Counted from the first letter of the stretch, positions 9,506-20,122 are shown. The stretch is DNA of 64,000 bases from Bdellovibrionales bacterium (GCA_041690295.1 JAWLHR010000014.1:1-64000); one strand, 5' to 3'. Numbers and translations: made by a program. The notes: generated by a model from the letters alone, not told the origin.

Positions 9506-10240
9506 GTGTTTCAACAATTCAACACCAACTGTCCGCGATGTCATTCCGAAGTTTCACCGGAGCGCCTGAACCTGAACCCCGCCGTGTGCGATCACTGCGG
9601 ACACGTTCTTTCGACGCGTGAAACTGAAACGGAAAAGAAGATGGTCAAGAGCTATCAGTGGGCCATGTTCATTACCGCTGGCGTGGTTATCTTCGGACAT
9701 TTGTTTTTCTCGGCCTGGGGCGGTTACACCCTTGAAGTTCGCTGGTTGCAGCTTTTCGGCGGTGATTCCATCTCCACCCATGAGCGCATGGCGCAGATTT
9801 GTCTTGAGACGTTCCAATACGACTGTGTTGAAAAACACTATGTGGCCATGTCCCGTCAGGACAGCAGCCACCTTCTGAAACTTGGAAAATTTCAAATGAG
9901 CCGGCAGCGTTACGCGGCCGCCGCCGACACTCTTAGAGAATATGTCGCCCGCCACGAAGACCCCAACTATGACGCCGCTTACTTGTTGGCGCGCAGCTTG
10001 AGCGAGTCCGGGCAAATCGAAGAAGCTTCCGTCCAGTTCGAAAAAATCATCCGCGCCAACACGGAAATTCTGCAACTCACCGCGGTTCAGAAATACGTCG
10101 AAATGTTAATGAAGCATCAACAGTGGGCCAAAGCTCAAGCCATCATCGAAGAAATTCGTAAGCGCGGCGAGGCTGTCCAGGATTTCATGCAGCCGCAATA
10201 TTCCGAGATCAAACAAAAACTCGGTGGCACCCAGTCCTAG
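9506..10240 (+). CDS. Zinc-ribbon/TM/TPR-like protein
   Basis: CPRC...CDHC, one TM helix, TPR-like helical repeats; GGAGG RBS before GTG. Confidence 0.75.
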   Translation: MFQQFNTNCPRCHSEVSPERLNLNPAVCDHCGHVLSTRETETEKKMVKSYQWAMFITAGVVIFGHLFFSAWGGYTLEVRWLQLFGGDSISTHERMAQICLETFQYDCVEKHYVAMSRQDSSHLLKLGKFQMSRQRYAAAADTLREYVARHEDPNYDAAYLLARSLSESGQIEEASVQFEKIIRANTEILQLTAVQKYVEMLMKHQQWAKAQAIIEEIRKRGEAVQDFMQPQYSEIKQKLGGTQS

Positions 10241-10250
10241 GCGCCACCGA
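10221..10250 (-). terminator. Probable intrinsic terminator for the trypsin gene (possibly bidirectional)
   Basis: TCGGTGGC/GCCACCGA inverted repeat, extendable with G-U pairs, followed on the minus strand by GTTTTTGTTT. Confidence 0.5.
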
Positions 10251-10260
10251 AACCAAAAGA

Positions 10261-11037
10261 TTACTGAACAGTTTCTTGAATCCAATCAACGACGGCGTTC
10301 ACTTTCGAGTAGACGCCGTATTTATTTGGACGGGCGCAACCTTCGCCCCAACTGACAACGCCGACAAGCTTCACCACGCCTTCGGCGTCCCGAACGATGA
10401 GCGGGCCGCCGCTATCACCGTAGCAAGCGTCCTTTTGACCTTCAGGATATCCCGCGCAGATCATTCGCTCGGTGACTCCTCTCGGGTAAGCGTTGCTGCA
10501 GGTTTCATGGGAAACCAGCGGCACATCGACTTTCTGTAACCGATCAGCCGCGCCGAGAATCATCGATTGGCGCGTTTCACCCCAACCGGCGGTGGTCGAC
10601 ATGATCTCCTGACCCGGTTCATCGGAGATCGCCAGTTCCTCCGTGTTGATGTCCACCCACGGATAGCTGGAGCTTCTTTCAAGCTCAAGCAAAGCGAAAT
10701 CGTAATCCATGCTCATCCGGTTGTACTGTGGATGACGGATTCTGGTTTTCACGCCGATGACCTCGGCTCCGCTTTTATCTCGTTGGTCATGCAGGCCGAT
10801 ATACACTCTTTGCGGAGACGATCCGCTCACGCAATGCGCGGCGGTCAACACCCAGTTCGGCGCGATCAAGGATCCGCCGCAGATGTGCCCGTAAGAAGCG
10901 TGCAATGATACAATGTATGGAAACTCGTTCGGCTCGGCTTCAGTTCCACCGACTATTTTCGGTTTGATCGTATTCGCCGCGCTCGATAGTGCAAACAACA
11001 GCATGGCCGTGCAGGCCCCAAGACGTACGTAGTTCAT
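10261..11037 (-). CDS. Secreted trypsin-like serine protease (S1A)
   Basis: Signal peptide, K-IVGG activation site, LTAAHC, DFALL, GDSGGP. Confidence 0.97.
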   Translation of the reverse strand: MNYVRLGACTAMLLFALSSAANTIKPKIVGGTEAEPNEFPYIVSLHASYGHICGGSLIAPNWVLTAAHCVSGSSPQRVYIGLHDQRDKSGAEVIGVKTRIRHPQYNRMSMDYDFALLELERSSSYPWVDINTEELAISDEPGQEIMSTTAGWGETRQSMILGAADRLQKVDVPLVSHETCSNAYPRGVTERMICAGYPEGQKDACYGDSGGPLIVRDAEGVVKLVGVVSWGEGCARPNKYGVYSKVNAVVDWIQETVQ

Positions 11038-11120
11038 GATTCCCCCTCCGGAATCCAGTTATATCAACACCGTAGATCCCGCACATTTGGGAAAAATGAA
11101 AACCAGACGTAGGCCCAGTT

Positions 11121-11678
11121 TCAGAGCATAAATTGGAGCGTCACCAGGAAGTTCATGATGTTAAAGGAGTCGAGCTGAACGCTTTGACCATTCTGCGTCG
11201 TCTTTCCAGGTAACACGTGAAGGTAGGAGCCTTCGAAGCCAAGCGAACACCAACTCAAGAGGTGATAGTCGTATCCCGCCACGATGCCGTAGTGATAGGG
11301 CGAAAACACGGAATCGATTTGATTGGGATTGGTGCTGACTTTCGTGATTCCAATGCGGGCGCCGAAAAATGAATCGCCTTTACCCGACGGCACATGCAAG
11401 GTGGTTTGAACTCCGTGAACCGAATAGCGAAACTTGTCTTCCGCGCTGGGCGCGCCTTGATTGTCCGAAATCAAATAATATCCGCCGAGACTTAACATCG
11501 GCGTCAAAAAAGCCTCTCCCTTTATACCCGAGATTGAAAACGGTTGAGTGTTGTTCGCGTCAGGAACGGAAAATCCAAAAACGAAACCGAACTGGGACGC
11601 TCGTTGGGCCGCTTGCCCCCACGCGAACCCTGAGTGCAGGGCGCAAATGATCAAAAGAATTCCAAAACGTAAATTCAT
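11121..11678 (-). CDS. Outer-membrane beta-barrel protein
   Basis: Signal peptide, alternating amphipathic strands, aromatic near the C-terminus. Confidence 0.7.
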   Translation of the reverse strand: MNLRFGILLIICALHSGFAWGQAAQRASQFGFVFGFSVPDANNTQPFSISGIKGEAFLTPMLSLGGYYLISDNQGAPSAEDKFRYSVHGVQTTLHVPSGKGDSFFGARIGITKVSTNPNQIDSVFSPYHYGIVAGYDYHLLSWCSLGFEGSYLHVLPGKTTQNGQSVQLDSFNIMNFLVTLQFML

Positions 11679-11727
11679 TCATCTACTGTTTCGGAATAAT
11701 CCGCATCAAATGATACTCGACAAAAAT

Positions 11728-13008
11728 TCAGTTTCGCCGGGCGACCCGGGGGTTTGAGAGCCATTCATTGCTGACGATCAGACGGGCTCCACGTTTGAAC
11801 GTGACGTAAGCCCAGAACCATTGAATGAACACGATCAACCGGTTCTTGAATCCGATCAAATAATAAATGTGTATGAAAAGCCAGACCAGCCAGGCGAGCA
11901 AGCCGCCGAACTCCAATCCCTTGATCTGCGCCACGGCTTTTTTGCGGCCGATGGCGGCCATGGTCCCCTTATCCACGTAAACAAAGAGCAATCGCTTTTT
12001 GCCCCGCAAATCTCTTCGGATATTGGCCGCCGCATGCCGGCCCTGTTGCATCGCCACCGGCGCGAGTCCCGGTAATCCCCGACCGTCAGGGGTGGGAAAA
12101 TGAGCCTGATCACCGATGACGAAGACATTGGGATAGTCCTTCAACGAAAGATCGGGCTCCACGATCACCCGCCCCACCCGATCGAGCGGAACGCCCAAAC
12201 TCTTGCACAAACTTGAAGGTTGAACGCCCGCCGCCCATATCACGGTTTTTGCGTGGACCTGCTCCGGTCCAAGCTTCACGCCGAATTCCGTCACGTCGGT
12301 CACGGCGGTCGAGGTCCAAATCTGAACGCCCAATTTTTCCAAGTCGCGGGTCGCCCGACGTGAAAGGTGCTCGGAAAACGAGGGCAAAATGCGAGGGCCC
12401 GCCTCGATCAAAAGAATTCGGGCCCGCTCGGGAACGATATTGCGAAAATCCCGCTCCAATGTGTAACGGCTGATCTCGGCGATGGCGCCCGCGAGTTCAA
12501 CACCGGTAGGTCCGCCACCCACGATCACAAAAGTTAAAAGCGGCTTCTGTTTCGCCGGATCCGGTTCCTTTTCCGCCATTTCATAAGCCAATAAGATGCG
12601 GCGCCGGATCTCGGTGGCCTGCTCTATTGTTTTTAATCCCGGCGAATAGGGTTCCCATTCGGGATGATCAAAATAACTGTGTTTTGCGCCGACCGCGAGC
12701 ACCAGGTAGTCGTAGGTGAACTCGTCACCGTCCGCGATGACCAGTGATTTTTTAAGATCCACCTTTTCCACGTTGGCCATGAGCACTTTGACATTGGGAT
12801 TACGGCTGAACACCGTTCGAATCGGAACCGCGATCTCCGCCGGTGAAAGGGCGGCCGTAGCGACCTGGTAAAGCAAGGGTTGAAAAAGGTGATAATTGCG
12901 GCGATCGATAAGGGTGATGTCCAGCTTCGAGTCGCGCGCCAGTTCGCGTGCGGCTTTTAAACCGCCAAATCCCGCCCCGACGATGACAACCTTTTTGCCA
13001 GCGTTCAT
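11728..13008 (-). CDS. ndh: Type II NADH:quinone oxidoreductase
   Basis: GAGFGG, FQPLLYQVAT, GGGPTGVELAG, WAAGV, AxVAMQQG. Confidence 0.93.
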   Translation of the reverse strand: MNAGKKVVIVGAGFGGLKAARELARDSKLDITLIDRRNYHLFQPLLYQVATAALSPAEIAVPIRTVFSRNPNVKVLMANVEKVDLKKSLVIADGDEFTYDYLVLAVGAKHSYFDHPEWEPYSPGLKTIEQATEIRRRILLAYEMAEKEPDPAKQKPLLTFVIVGGGPTGVELAGAIAEISRYTLERDFRNIVPERARILLIEAGPRILPSFSEHLSRRATRDLEKLGVQIWTSTAVTDVTEFGVKLGPEQVHAKTVIWAAGVQPSSLCKSLGVPLDRVGRVIVEPDLSLKDYPNVFVIGDQAHFPTPDGRGLPGLAPVAMQQGRHAAANIRRDLRGKKRLLFVYVDKGTMAAIGRKKAVAQIKGLEFGGLLAWLVWLFIHIYYLIGFKNRLIVFIQWFWAYVTFKRGARLIVSNEWLSNPRVARRN

Positions 13009-13043
13009 GCCCGCAAGATCCCTTTTTTCGGGCGTGAAATCAA

Positions 13044-14381
13044 TTAGCGTTTCTTCTTTTTAATCTTTTTCTTTTTCTTTGGTTTCGCCGCGGGTTCTCG
13101 CAAATCGTAATCGACATCTTGTGCCTCTTGCTCAAGGTCCTCGGCGGTGTCTTCCTCGAAGAGATCCGTCTTTTTCGCCTCTATAACTTTTTTACCGCCG
13201 CTTGAGGCTTCTCGCCTGGCCGCTCGCTCTTTGGCGCGCGTGGAAACGATCATTGAACTGATATGTTCGTCAGGTTCGGACATGAGCGCCATTTCGGCGA
13301 GAATCGGAAACGATCCTGAAAACCGCTTGTCGATTTCCTTGCGATTCAACTCCGAAAACCGGTCATACAAATTGATCGAAACCGCTCGCACCACGACGGC
13401 ATTTCGCGTCCACAGATTGTCCGTGGTCAGCCGGGCCGGGCCATGTTGTCCGGCGGGGGCGCGCCCTGTCAGCGCTGTTTTAAATTTCATTTTTTCTATG
13501 GTTTTCGCGCCGGAGCGGGAACTCAGCTTCAGATCACCCGCGACCAGTGTGGGCCAATTGGACGACTCGATCGAGCGGAAAACATAGGCAATCGTGGCAT
13601 CCGCCTTTTTCGGGCGACTTTCCAAATTGATGGTGCCCAGCTGAAACATCTTCTTTTGCACTTTGGAAAAAAAGAGCGATGACGCTATGGGTTTCTTCTT
13701 AGTCAGCGGAACAACCACCGCCATTTCACCACAGCTCTCTTTGATTTCACCCGCTTTGGCCACATGTCCGATCGTGGAATTTCGCCATAGAATTCCGTAT
13801 TTTTCTTTTTTTGATCCCGTTCGAAACCACATGCGGCAAACCTTTTCTCCGATTCGTGACTGAACGAGATCGCCAATGATGTGAAGAGGACCTTTGCCCA
13901 CTTCGTCGAGATCGATATCCTGCATGATCGCGATATCCGCTTCGCTGAACACATTGGCGATGCGGTCGTAATCCAGATTCTCGCCGTTTTTGTTCAAACG
14001 CCAAGAAATCACTTTCAACAGACTGTTGTTGATAACCGCTTTGGGTGGGGCGGGCGGCGGCGGAGGTAAATCCACGTTTCCGGTTGAAGCCGGGCCGCGA
14101 TCGGTTTTTTGCGCGGCCGGATCGGTTTCGACCACCACCGAAAAATCAGGGCTTGCCACCGCCTGCACGGCGGAAATCAATCGCTCAGCTTCTTCTTTGG
14201 AACTGAACTCTCGTCCCTTCAAGGGACCCGTGTGACAGTGATACTTGGAGTCGGGGTTTTCCTGATGACAGCCCAGCTCATCAAGCGGTGATTTATGGGC
14301 ATTGACGAATAACAACCCGGTCACCAACAGGGCCATCAAGGTCGAGGTTATGAATACAACTCGTCGGTGAGGTAACTTCAA
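13044..14381 (-). CDS. Exported YHYH-like domain plus degenerate DNase I/EEP-fold protein
   Basis: TTG start with AAGGAG RBS; TM/signal; AH...DELGCH...YHCH; EEP-like blocks LKVISW, DIAIMQD, EKYGILWR, VAGD, DNLW, FPI. Confidence 0.7.
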   Translation of the reverse strand: MKLPHRRVVFITSTLMALLVTGLLFVNAHKSPLDELGCHQENPDSKYHCHTGPLKGREFSSKEEAERLISAVQAVASPDFSVVVETDPAAQKTDRGPASTGNVDLPPPPPAPPKAVINNSLLKVISWRLNKNGENLDYDRIANVFSEADIAIMQDIDLDEVGKGPLHIIGDLVQSRIGEKVCRMWFRTGSKKEKYGILWRNSTIGHVAKAGEIKESCGEMAVVVPLTKKKPIASSLFFSKVQKKMFQLGTINLESRPKKADATIAYVFRSIESSNWPTLVAGDLKLSSRSGAKTIEKMKFKTALTGRAPAGQHGPARLTTDNLWTRNAVVVRAVSINLYDRFSELNRKEIDKRFSGSFPILAEMALMSEPDEHISSMIVSTRAKERAARREASSGGKKVIEAKKTDLFEEDTAEDLEQEAQDVDYDLREPAAKPKKKKKIKKKKR

Positions 14382-14406
14382 AACAACTCCTTAATCTCGA
14401 GTCTTC

Positions 14407-14433
14407 TTATCGGCTTTGGCGTGGGGATTTTAA
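14407..14433 (-). promoter_or_regulatory. Putative sigma-28 (FliA) promoter
   Basis: Minus strand TTAAAATC-N11-GCCGATAA (perfect -10). Confidence 0.7.
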
Positions 14434-14480
14434 TAAAAACACCTCTTGATCCCGACCTTTGTCGCCAGGATAATTTGCTT

Positions 14481-14852
14481 ATGAAATTGCGCTTATTAGA
14501 TGGTGATTTCACTGTCGCTCGCTATGCGCCCGACGTCGATCTGGCCCCGATTTATACGCGGGAATTTTGCTCGATCACGCGAACTCGAAACGAAGTGACC
14601 GTGGTTTGCGATAGTGATCTTCTGCCGCCGGGTATGCAAAAACGCGAGGACGGCTGGGCTTGCCTGGAAGTCGAGGGCTGGCTCGATTTTTCGCTGACCG
14701 GAATTCTCAATCAAATCACCGCACCCTTGGCTGAGGCCGAGGTCAGTCTCTTCGCCGTTTCAACATTCGATACGGATTATGTTTTGGTGAAGCGAAGTTT
14801 CTTGGAAAAAGCGCGATCCGCGCTCCGAAAGTCAGGCATCACGGTCACTTAG
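14481..14852 (+). CDS. ACT-domain protein (ACT_7/CASTOR-like)
   Basis: SITRT..EVTVVC, LDFSLTGIL, FAVSTFDTDY; start moved to ATG 14481 (promoter directly upstream). Confidence 0.88.
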   Translation: MKLRLLDGDFTVARYAPDVDLAPIYTREFCSITRTRNEVTVVCDSDLLPPGMQKREDGWACLEVEGWLDFSLTGILNQITAPLAEAEVSLFAVSTFDTDYVLVKRSFLEKARSALRKSGITVT

Positions 14853-15473
14853 CTATTCGACGATTTGGTACTGTTCGCGAACACTGGCGCGAGGCATGGC
14901 ATCAAAATGCCACCATTCATGTGGCAACTGGGTGAAGCCGGCTTTTTCCATGGCCCGGCGAAGAATCTGGCGATTCTCAATTTGCGCCGGGGACAATGAT
15001 CCATCACTGGCGAATTTTTCTTCCAACCGGGGTTGCGCGATCGGACGGAAATCATCGTAACCCGCGCCCATATCCAGTTCCTGACCGCTACCGTCTATAA
15101 TGGACAAATCAACCGCAAAACCAAAGTTGTGTAACGAACCGTTTTCCGGATTGGCGATATACATTTCGTTTTCAGTGCCGCGCACATGCTCCCAGAGAAT
15201 TCTCTGCACCGAGCGGGGCCTTAGGGCATCGTAGATTATGAACCCATAGGTCGGTTGTTCCTGCCGTAAAAATCGAAACGCATCAGACAATTTCGCCGCG
15301 GCGATACGATGTAAGAACGCCTGCCGGAACGGCCCGTACATATCGTGCCCCACAAAGTTATTGCGGCTGGCGTAACGCAGATCGATTCGCAGACCATCAC
15401 CTTCGTGAAGTTCCACAAAGTCGCGGTTGTTTGAAAGGAAACGAATGGACTGGATGATGGATTCGTAGGTCAT
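14853..15473 (-). CDS. ddpX: D-Ala-D-Ala dipeptidase (M15D, VanX/DdpX family)
   Basis: LRYA..NF, DALRP, SLHNFGFAVDL, EWWHF. Confidence 0.9.
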   Translation of the reverse strand: MTYESIIQSIRFLSNNRDFVELHEGDGLRIDLRYASRNNFVGHDMYGPFRQAFLHRIAAAKLSDAFRFLRQEQPTYGFIIYDALRPRSVQRILWEHVRGTENEMYIANPENGSLHNFGFAVDLSIIDGSGQELDMGAGYDDFRPIAQPRLEEKFASDGSLSPAQIENRQILRRAMEKAGFTQLPHEWWHFDAMPRASVREQYQIVE

Positions 15474-16687
15474 TTGGCCATCATATAATAAATATTGCCC
15501 GCGTGTCGCATGTGCATCGAAGAAAAGTAGGCGTAATCGTCTTCACCGAAATAAATATCCGCCCGACCCTTGCCCTTTATGGCGCCTCCGGTGTCTTGAT
15601 CCAAAAAGAACCGGGAAAAGGATCTGAACTCGACCTTGGTGTAGTCCTCTTCTTCAAAATCGTAAAAGTCGGATTCCGCCGGACGCTCGCTTTCCACATA
15701 GGCGAGAAGCCCCTTGAATTTGTACAGGGTGGAGTCTTGGGCGATCGAACGGCCGTCGGTCACCGGCACGCTATCGTTACCCAGCGGTGGTGTTCCGGTG
15801 ACTTTCATGAAAACGTATGAGGGACAGGTCGAGAAGATCTCTCTATGCAATTGCGGGTTCAAACGAAGAAACTTTCTCTGCGCCGCGACCGAGCCGTTAG
15901 CTATGTATCCCTTTTCGACCATGTATTTGGAAATCCACTCCCAACGTTTTCGATTGGTGCCGTCGTAATTTAAATAAAACCCAGTCGTCGTGCCGTCCTC
16001 GTTCATCAAAATGGCGCGGCCCGAGCCCTGAACATGAAGCAGATAAATGTCAAAAAGTGATTTCGCATACATCAGTTCAAGCCCGCGATTGGCGAGCTTC
16101 CCGAGAAAATCAATCTCTAGACGGGTGAAATAAAGACGCGAATCGCCGGGGTTCGCGTAAATGGGATACTGGTACGGTCCCCGTCGGCGCGCGGAGCCTT
16201 CCACCGGCATGGTGTGATATCCGGTGAAGAAGGTGGTCTTATCCTCTCCATAACGTGGATCATCGGGCGTCAAATCGGGAATGAAGATATCAAAGCGCGA
16301 GCGGACCGCCTGATTAAACGTCTGGTAACAACTTTCACTGATTTTTTTGTATGAGCAGCTTTCAAATTCCCAGATGAGCTGGCGAAACACCTCCAGCGAC
16401 TTTTTCATGGCCGTCAGCGGATAGCGTCTTTGACCCATTTGAATGGTGCCCGAGAGATTTTTCTCGGCGAACCTCGTGAGCTGGCGTTCGATGGCCAGCT
16501 TCATCCCGTTGAAGTTGAGGTCATCATGAAATAAGGGATATTCATCAAGTGAAAGCTGCCTAGTGGGTGTGACATAGCTTTCACGCTCGGTTTTAAATTT
16601 GAAGCCGGGGATAAATGACCCACCGCCACCGCCGTCACATCCAGATGTAAATAAAACCACGACCAAAGCCGCGGCGGCGACTCTCAT
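15470..16687 (-). CDS. mltA: MltA-family lytic transglycosylase lipoprotein
   Basis: Lipobox FTSGC, FTGY, HVQGSG, PSYVF, QDTGGAIKG..RADIYFG; GGAGG RBS before ATG 16687. Confidence 0.88.
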   Translation of the reverse strand: MRVAAAALVVVLFTSGCDGGGGGSFIPGFKFKTERESYVTPTRQLSLDEYPLFHDDLNFNGMKLAIERQLTRFAEKNLSGTIQMGQRRYPLTAMKKSLEVFRQLIWEFESCSYKKISESCYQTFNQAVRSRFDIFIPDLTPDDPRYGEDKTTFFTGYHTMPVEGSARRRGPYQYPIYANPGDSRLYFTRLEIDFLGKLANRGLELMYAKSLFDIYLLHVQGSGRAILMNEDGTTTGFYLNYDGTNRKRWEWISKYMVEKGYIANGSVAAQRKFLRLNPQLHREIFSTCPSYVFMKVTGTPPLGNDSVPVTDGRSIAQDSTLYKFKGLLAYVESERPAESDFYDFEEEDYTKVEFRSFSRFFLDQDTGGAIKGKGRADIYFGEDDYAYFSSMHMRHAGNIYYMMAK

Positions 16688-16795
16688 TCTTGTTACCCCC
16701 TCCAAGAAGATGACTCGCTGATGCTGCGGACGGTTAAGATCACCGCGGCAGCTGGTTGATTAAATGTTAAGCCGCCGGCGTGATATATTGCAAGC

Positions 16796-17194
16796 ATGGA
16801 TCAGCTGGCCTTAAAACGCGAAGTGCGATTTCAATCCGCCTTGAGTCGTGGTCCCGGCGGTCAAAACGTGAATCGCACGGCCAGTGCGGCCCTGCTCACT
16901 TGGGATTTTGAAAAGTCCAATCTCCTTACCGCTGAACAGAAAGCAAGAATCCGCTATAAACTCGGCTCAATGATAAACAGCAAAGGTGAGATTTATCTCC
17001 GCAGTGACGAGTTCCGGGATTTGGAGCGAAACAAGGCGCGCTCTATCGAAAAATTGCAACGTAAAATCGCCGAAGCTCTGCATGTGCCGAAAAAGCGAAT
17101 TAAAACCAAACCCACCAAAGCTTCAAAAATCAAACGGCGCGAAGAAAAAAAGAGACGTAGCGAGATTAAAAAATTGCGGCGTTCGCCGTGGTGA
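16796..17194 (+). CDS. arfB: Alternative ribosome rescue factor (peptidyl-tRNA hydrolase)
   Basis: GPGGQNVN motif, basic tail PKKRIKTKPT...KKLR. Confidence 0.93.
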   Translation: MDQLALKREVRFQSALSRGPGGQNVNRTASAALLTWDFEKSNLLTAEQKARIRYKLGSMINSKGEIYLRSDEFRDLERNKARSIEKLQRKIAEALHVPKKRIKTKPTKASKIKRREEKKRRSEIKKLRRSPW

Positions 17195-17197
17195 GAG

Positions 17198-18469
17198 TCA
17201 GGCGCCCTTGCGACGGCGACTGATGGCTCTTGCCGCGACAAAATCCAAATTACCGTTCATGTAGAGCGCGATGAGCAGTCCCGGAGCCGCGATCAAAGTG
17301 CAGAACGTAAAGAATGGAACCCAACCCATGGATTCCGCCATCCAACCACTAAAAGAACTTAAAACCACCCGGGGAACACCCATGAGACTGGTGAGGAGCG
17401 CGTACTGTGTGGCGGTGAATCGCTTATCCGTCTGCGCGGCCATGTACGCGGTGAACGCCGCGGTACCCATCCCGCCGGTTAAGTCCTCAAACGCGATCAC
17501 CCAAGTGAGAGCCAAAACCGACGATCCCACGATGGCCAGCATGGCGTATCCCGCGGTCGAAAGCGCCTGAAGAATACCGAAGAAAATCAGACTCCGCTCG
17601 ATGCCCATTTTCAAGATCAGCAATCCGCCGATGAACAGTCCACCGAGCGAAGAAAAGAATCCGAAGGTTTTCACGATCACGCCCACTTCGGTCTTACTGA
17701 AACCGATCTTCAGATAAAAAGGCGTGGCAATGGCGCCAGCCATGGTGTCGCCGACCTTGTAGAGCAGAATGAACGCCAGAATGAGCCACGCTTCTCTGCG
17801 ACCGAAAAACTCTTTGAGTGGCGCGATGACCGCCTCACCCAATGTTTTCGGCGTCTTTGCCGAAAGTTTAGGCTCATCGGCCATCCATGTTGTCACCATT
17901 GTGACCGCCATACAGGCGGCCATGAGCAGATAAACCGTGGTCCAGGAAAGTCGATCCGCGAGCATCAGCGCCAGACCGCCGGAAATCCACATGGCCGCTC
18001 GGTAACCATAGACATAGTAAGACGATCCAATACCCAACTCGTTATCGGCCAAGGTTTCGCGTCGATAAGCATCGACCACGGAATCTTGTGAAGCACTGAA
18101 AAATGAAATGACGATCGAAATAAAGGCCACGAACCAAAGATCCTGCTTCGGTTGAGATAAGGCGAGTGCCGCGAGTGAGACCGCGAGGCCCAACTGACAA
18201 ATAAAAATCCAACCGCGGCGACGTCCGAGGAACGGTAAAGTGAATCGGTCGAAAATCGGAGCCCAAAGGAACTTCAAGGTGTATGGTAAGCCGGCCAAAC
18301 TGAAAAAACCTATGGTGGTCAGACTCACGTTTTCATCAGTCATCCAGGCCTGTAATGTCCGACTGGTGAGCAGCAACGGCAACCCCGAGGCGAAGCCCAT
18401 GAGCAAAGCCATGATCATGTTTTTTTGCAGGAGGACCCGGAGTGATGGACCGTTCTTCTTTGTTCCCAT
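17198..18469 (-). CDS. ampG: Muropeptide MFS permease
   Basis: GFASGLP, PYTLKFLWAP, GRRRGW, SASQD, ATQYALL. Confidence 0.93.
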   Translation of the reverse strand: MGTKKNGPSLRVLLQKNMIMALLMGFASGLPLLLTSRTLQAWMTDENVSLTTIGFFSLAGLPYTLKFLWAPIFDRFTLPFLGRRRGWIFICQLGLAVSLAALALSQPKQDLWFVAFISIVISFFSASQDSVVDAYRRETLADNELGIGSSYYVYGYRAAMWISGGLALMLADRLSWTTVYLLMAACMAVTMVTTWMADEPKLSAKTPKTLGEAVIAPLKEFFGRREAWLILAFILLYKVGDTMAGAIATPFYLKIGFSKTEVGVIVKTFGFFSSLGGLFIGGLLILKMGIERSLIFFGILQALSTAGYAMLAIVGSSVLALTWVIAFEDLTGGMGTAAFTAYMAAQTDKRFTATQYALLTSLMGVPRVVLSSFSGWMAESMGWVPFFTFCTLIAAPGLLIALYMNGNLDFVAARAISRRRKGA

Positions 18470-18566
18470 TTCTTGAGCCTAAAGTAAGCGGACCCGCGTT
18501 GGCAATCGCACGACGGTTGAAAACAGGGCTTGAATTCCCCTTGATCGAAGGCGACAATCGGCGACC

Positions 18567-19100
18567 ATGAATCCTTGGCATGACGTCCCCGTCTCTCCTC
18601 AAAACTCATCTGGAATCGTTCATGCGGTCATCGAAATACCCAAAGGTTCCAAGGTGAAATACGAGCTCGATAAGGAAAGCGGTCTTATTCGCGTGGATCG
18701 GGTGTTAATGAGTTCGGTCATTTATCCGGCGAATTACGGATTTATCCCCCGCACTTACTGTAGTGATAACGATCCACTTGATATTCTGGTGCTTGGGCAG
18801 GAACCGGTGGTCCCTTTATCAATCATGAATGCGAAACCGATCGGTGTGATGAAAATGACCGATCAGGGCGAAGCCGACGACAAAATCATCGCCGTTCACG
18901 CCGATGACCCGGAATACTCCGAGTACGAATCTTTGGATGATTTACCCTCGCATCGAATGGTCGAAGTGAAGCGCTTTTTCGAGGATTATAAAATTCTGGA
19001 AAATAAAACAGTGGTGATCGATCACTTCCTGGGTAAGTCCGACGCTCTCACGATTATTGAAAACGCCGTGGCGTTTTACGCCAAGAAGTTCGGCCGTTAA
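18567..19100 (+). CDS. ppa: Inorganic pyrophosphatase
   Basis: [21 protein letters not shown]. Confidence 0.96.
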   Translation: MNPWHDVPVSPQNSSGIVHAVIEIPKGSKVKYELDKESGLIRVDRVLMSSVIYPANYGFIPRTYCSDNDPLDILVLGQEPVVPLSIMNAKPIGVMKMTDQGEADDKIIAVHADDPEYSEYESLDDLPSHRMVEVKRFFEDYKILENKTVVIDHFLGKSDALTIIENAVAFYAKKFGR

Positions 19101-20122
19101 TCACCACCGGGTTTAATGAATTCGGGCTCTCCACTGAACATAAAGAATCGGTGGCCGTCGTAAGTCCAACCGATGTTGCGCCGGTAAACCTCCGCCAGTG
19201 TGAGACTGGCGATCAGCAGACGCTTTTCCACCAGGCTTCGGTAACGTTCGGCGTCCTTTCGCGAATGCTTGCGCTTATGGCCCTTATCAAGGGCGAGCAG
19301 CGATTTGATGTCCGCGCGGGATCCCTCGGCGAGAGCACGGGTCAATTGCAAAATGGAATCGTTCTTATGCTTCTTTTTGAATTCATCCCACTCGGCTTTG
19401 GCTTTGGCTTGCACGCTCACGAGAACATCCGGATAAAGCCACTCGGTCATTTCCTGTTCGAAGTAGCTATGGATTCCTTTTTGGCCGGTGTGCTGCCCGT
19501 CATAATTTTCGGTCATGTGAAGGGGCATGCTTAAGTCGCCGATGTAGTGAGCCAGTGTGCCGGCCGTGACCAACCACTTGGCTTGCAGCTCCTGACGCTT
19601 TTTGCCTTTTGGTTCTTTTAATTTTTTAAGGTCCTGCGTGATCTTTTCCAGGTTTTCCGCGAGTTCACGAATCCGCCAGTACGCCCGGCCCGAAGTCACT
19701 TTGATCTCGGGGAACTTGCTCTCGAATTCCTTGCGGGAAAGAGCGAAGGGATCCTTGATGTCTTTTTTCCCGGCGAATGCGGCTTCGAAATGTTCAAGAT
19801 TCATAAAATGATTGGTCCATTCCTCGCCATAGGTGGACGGCCGCTTCCAGATCAGATCGGGGACATTGCTATAATATCCCAGGTCATAACTGTGGTCGCG
19901 CAGGAACTTGCCTTGAGGTTCTTCGCTCACCAGTATGGCCGCGGTTTCACCGATGATTTGATGCCCACGCTTCCCCCACGCGAACGCGAGGACCGGGGTG
20001 AAGGCGAGGATAAGGAGCGAATGGATCGGTTTGGGGTAGAGGGGCTTGGGATGGAGGTTATGGCTGATTCCGAGTCCATGGGTTCGATTCTTCTTTTTGA
20101 TGATTTTACTTATCAATTTCAT
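19097..20122 (-). CDS. S1/P1 nuclease / phospholipase C-like zinc hydrolase
   Basis: [26 protein letters not shown] zinc-ligand motifs. Confidence 0.82.
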   Translation of the reverse strand: MKLISKIIKKKNRTHGLGISHNLHPKPLYPKPIHSLLILAFTPVLAFAWGKRGHQIIGETAAILVSEEPQGKFLRDHSYDLGYYSNVPDLIWKRPSTYGEEWTNHFMNLEHFEAAFAGKKDIKDPFALSRKEFESKFPEIKVTSGRAYWRIRELAENLEKITQDLKKLKEPKGKKRQELQAKWLVTAGTLAHYIGDLSMPLHMTENYDGQHTGQKGIHSYFEQEMTEWLYPDVLVSVQAKAKAEWDEFKKKHKNDSILQLTRALAEGSRADIKSLLALDKGHKRKHSRKDAERYRSLVEKRLLIASLTLAEVYRRNIGWTYDGHRFFMFSGEPEFIKPGGD

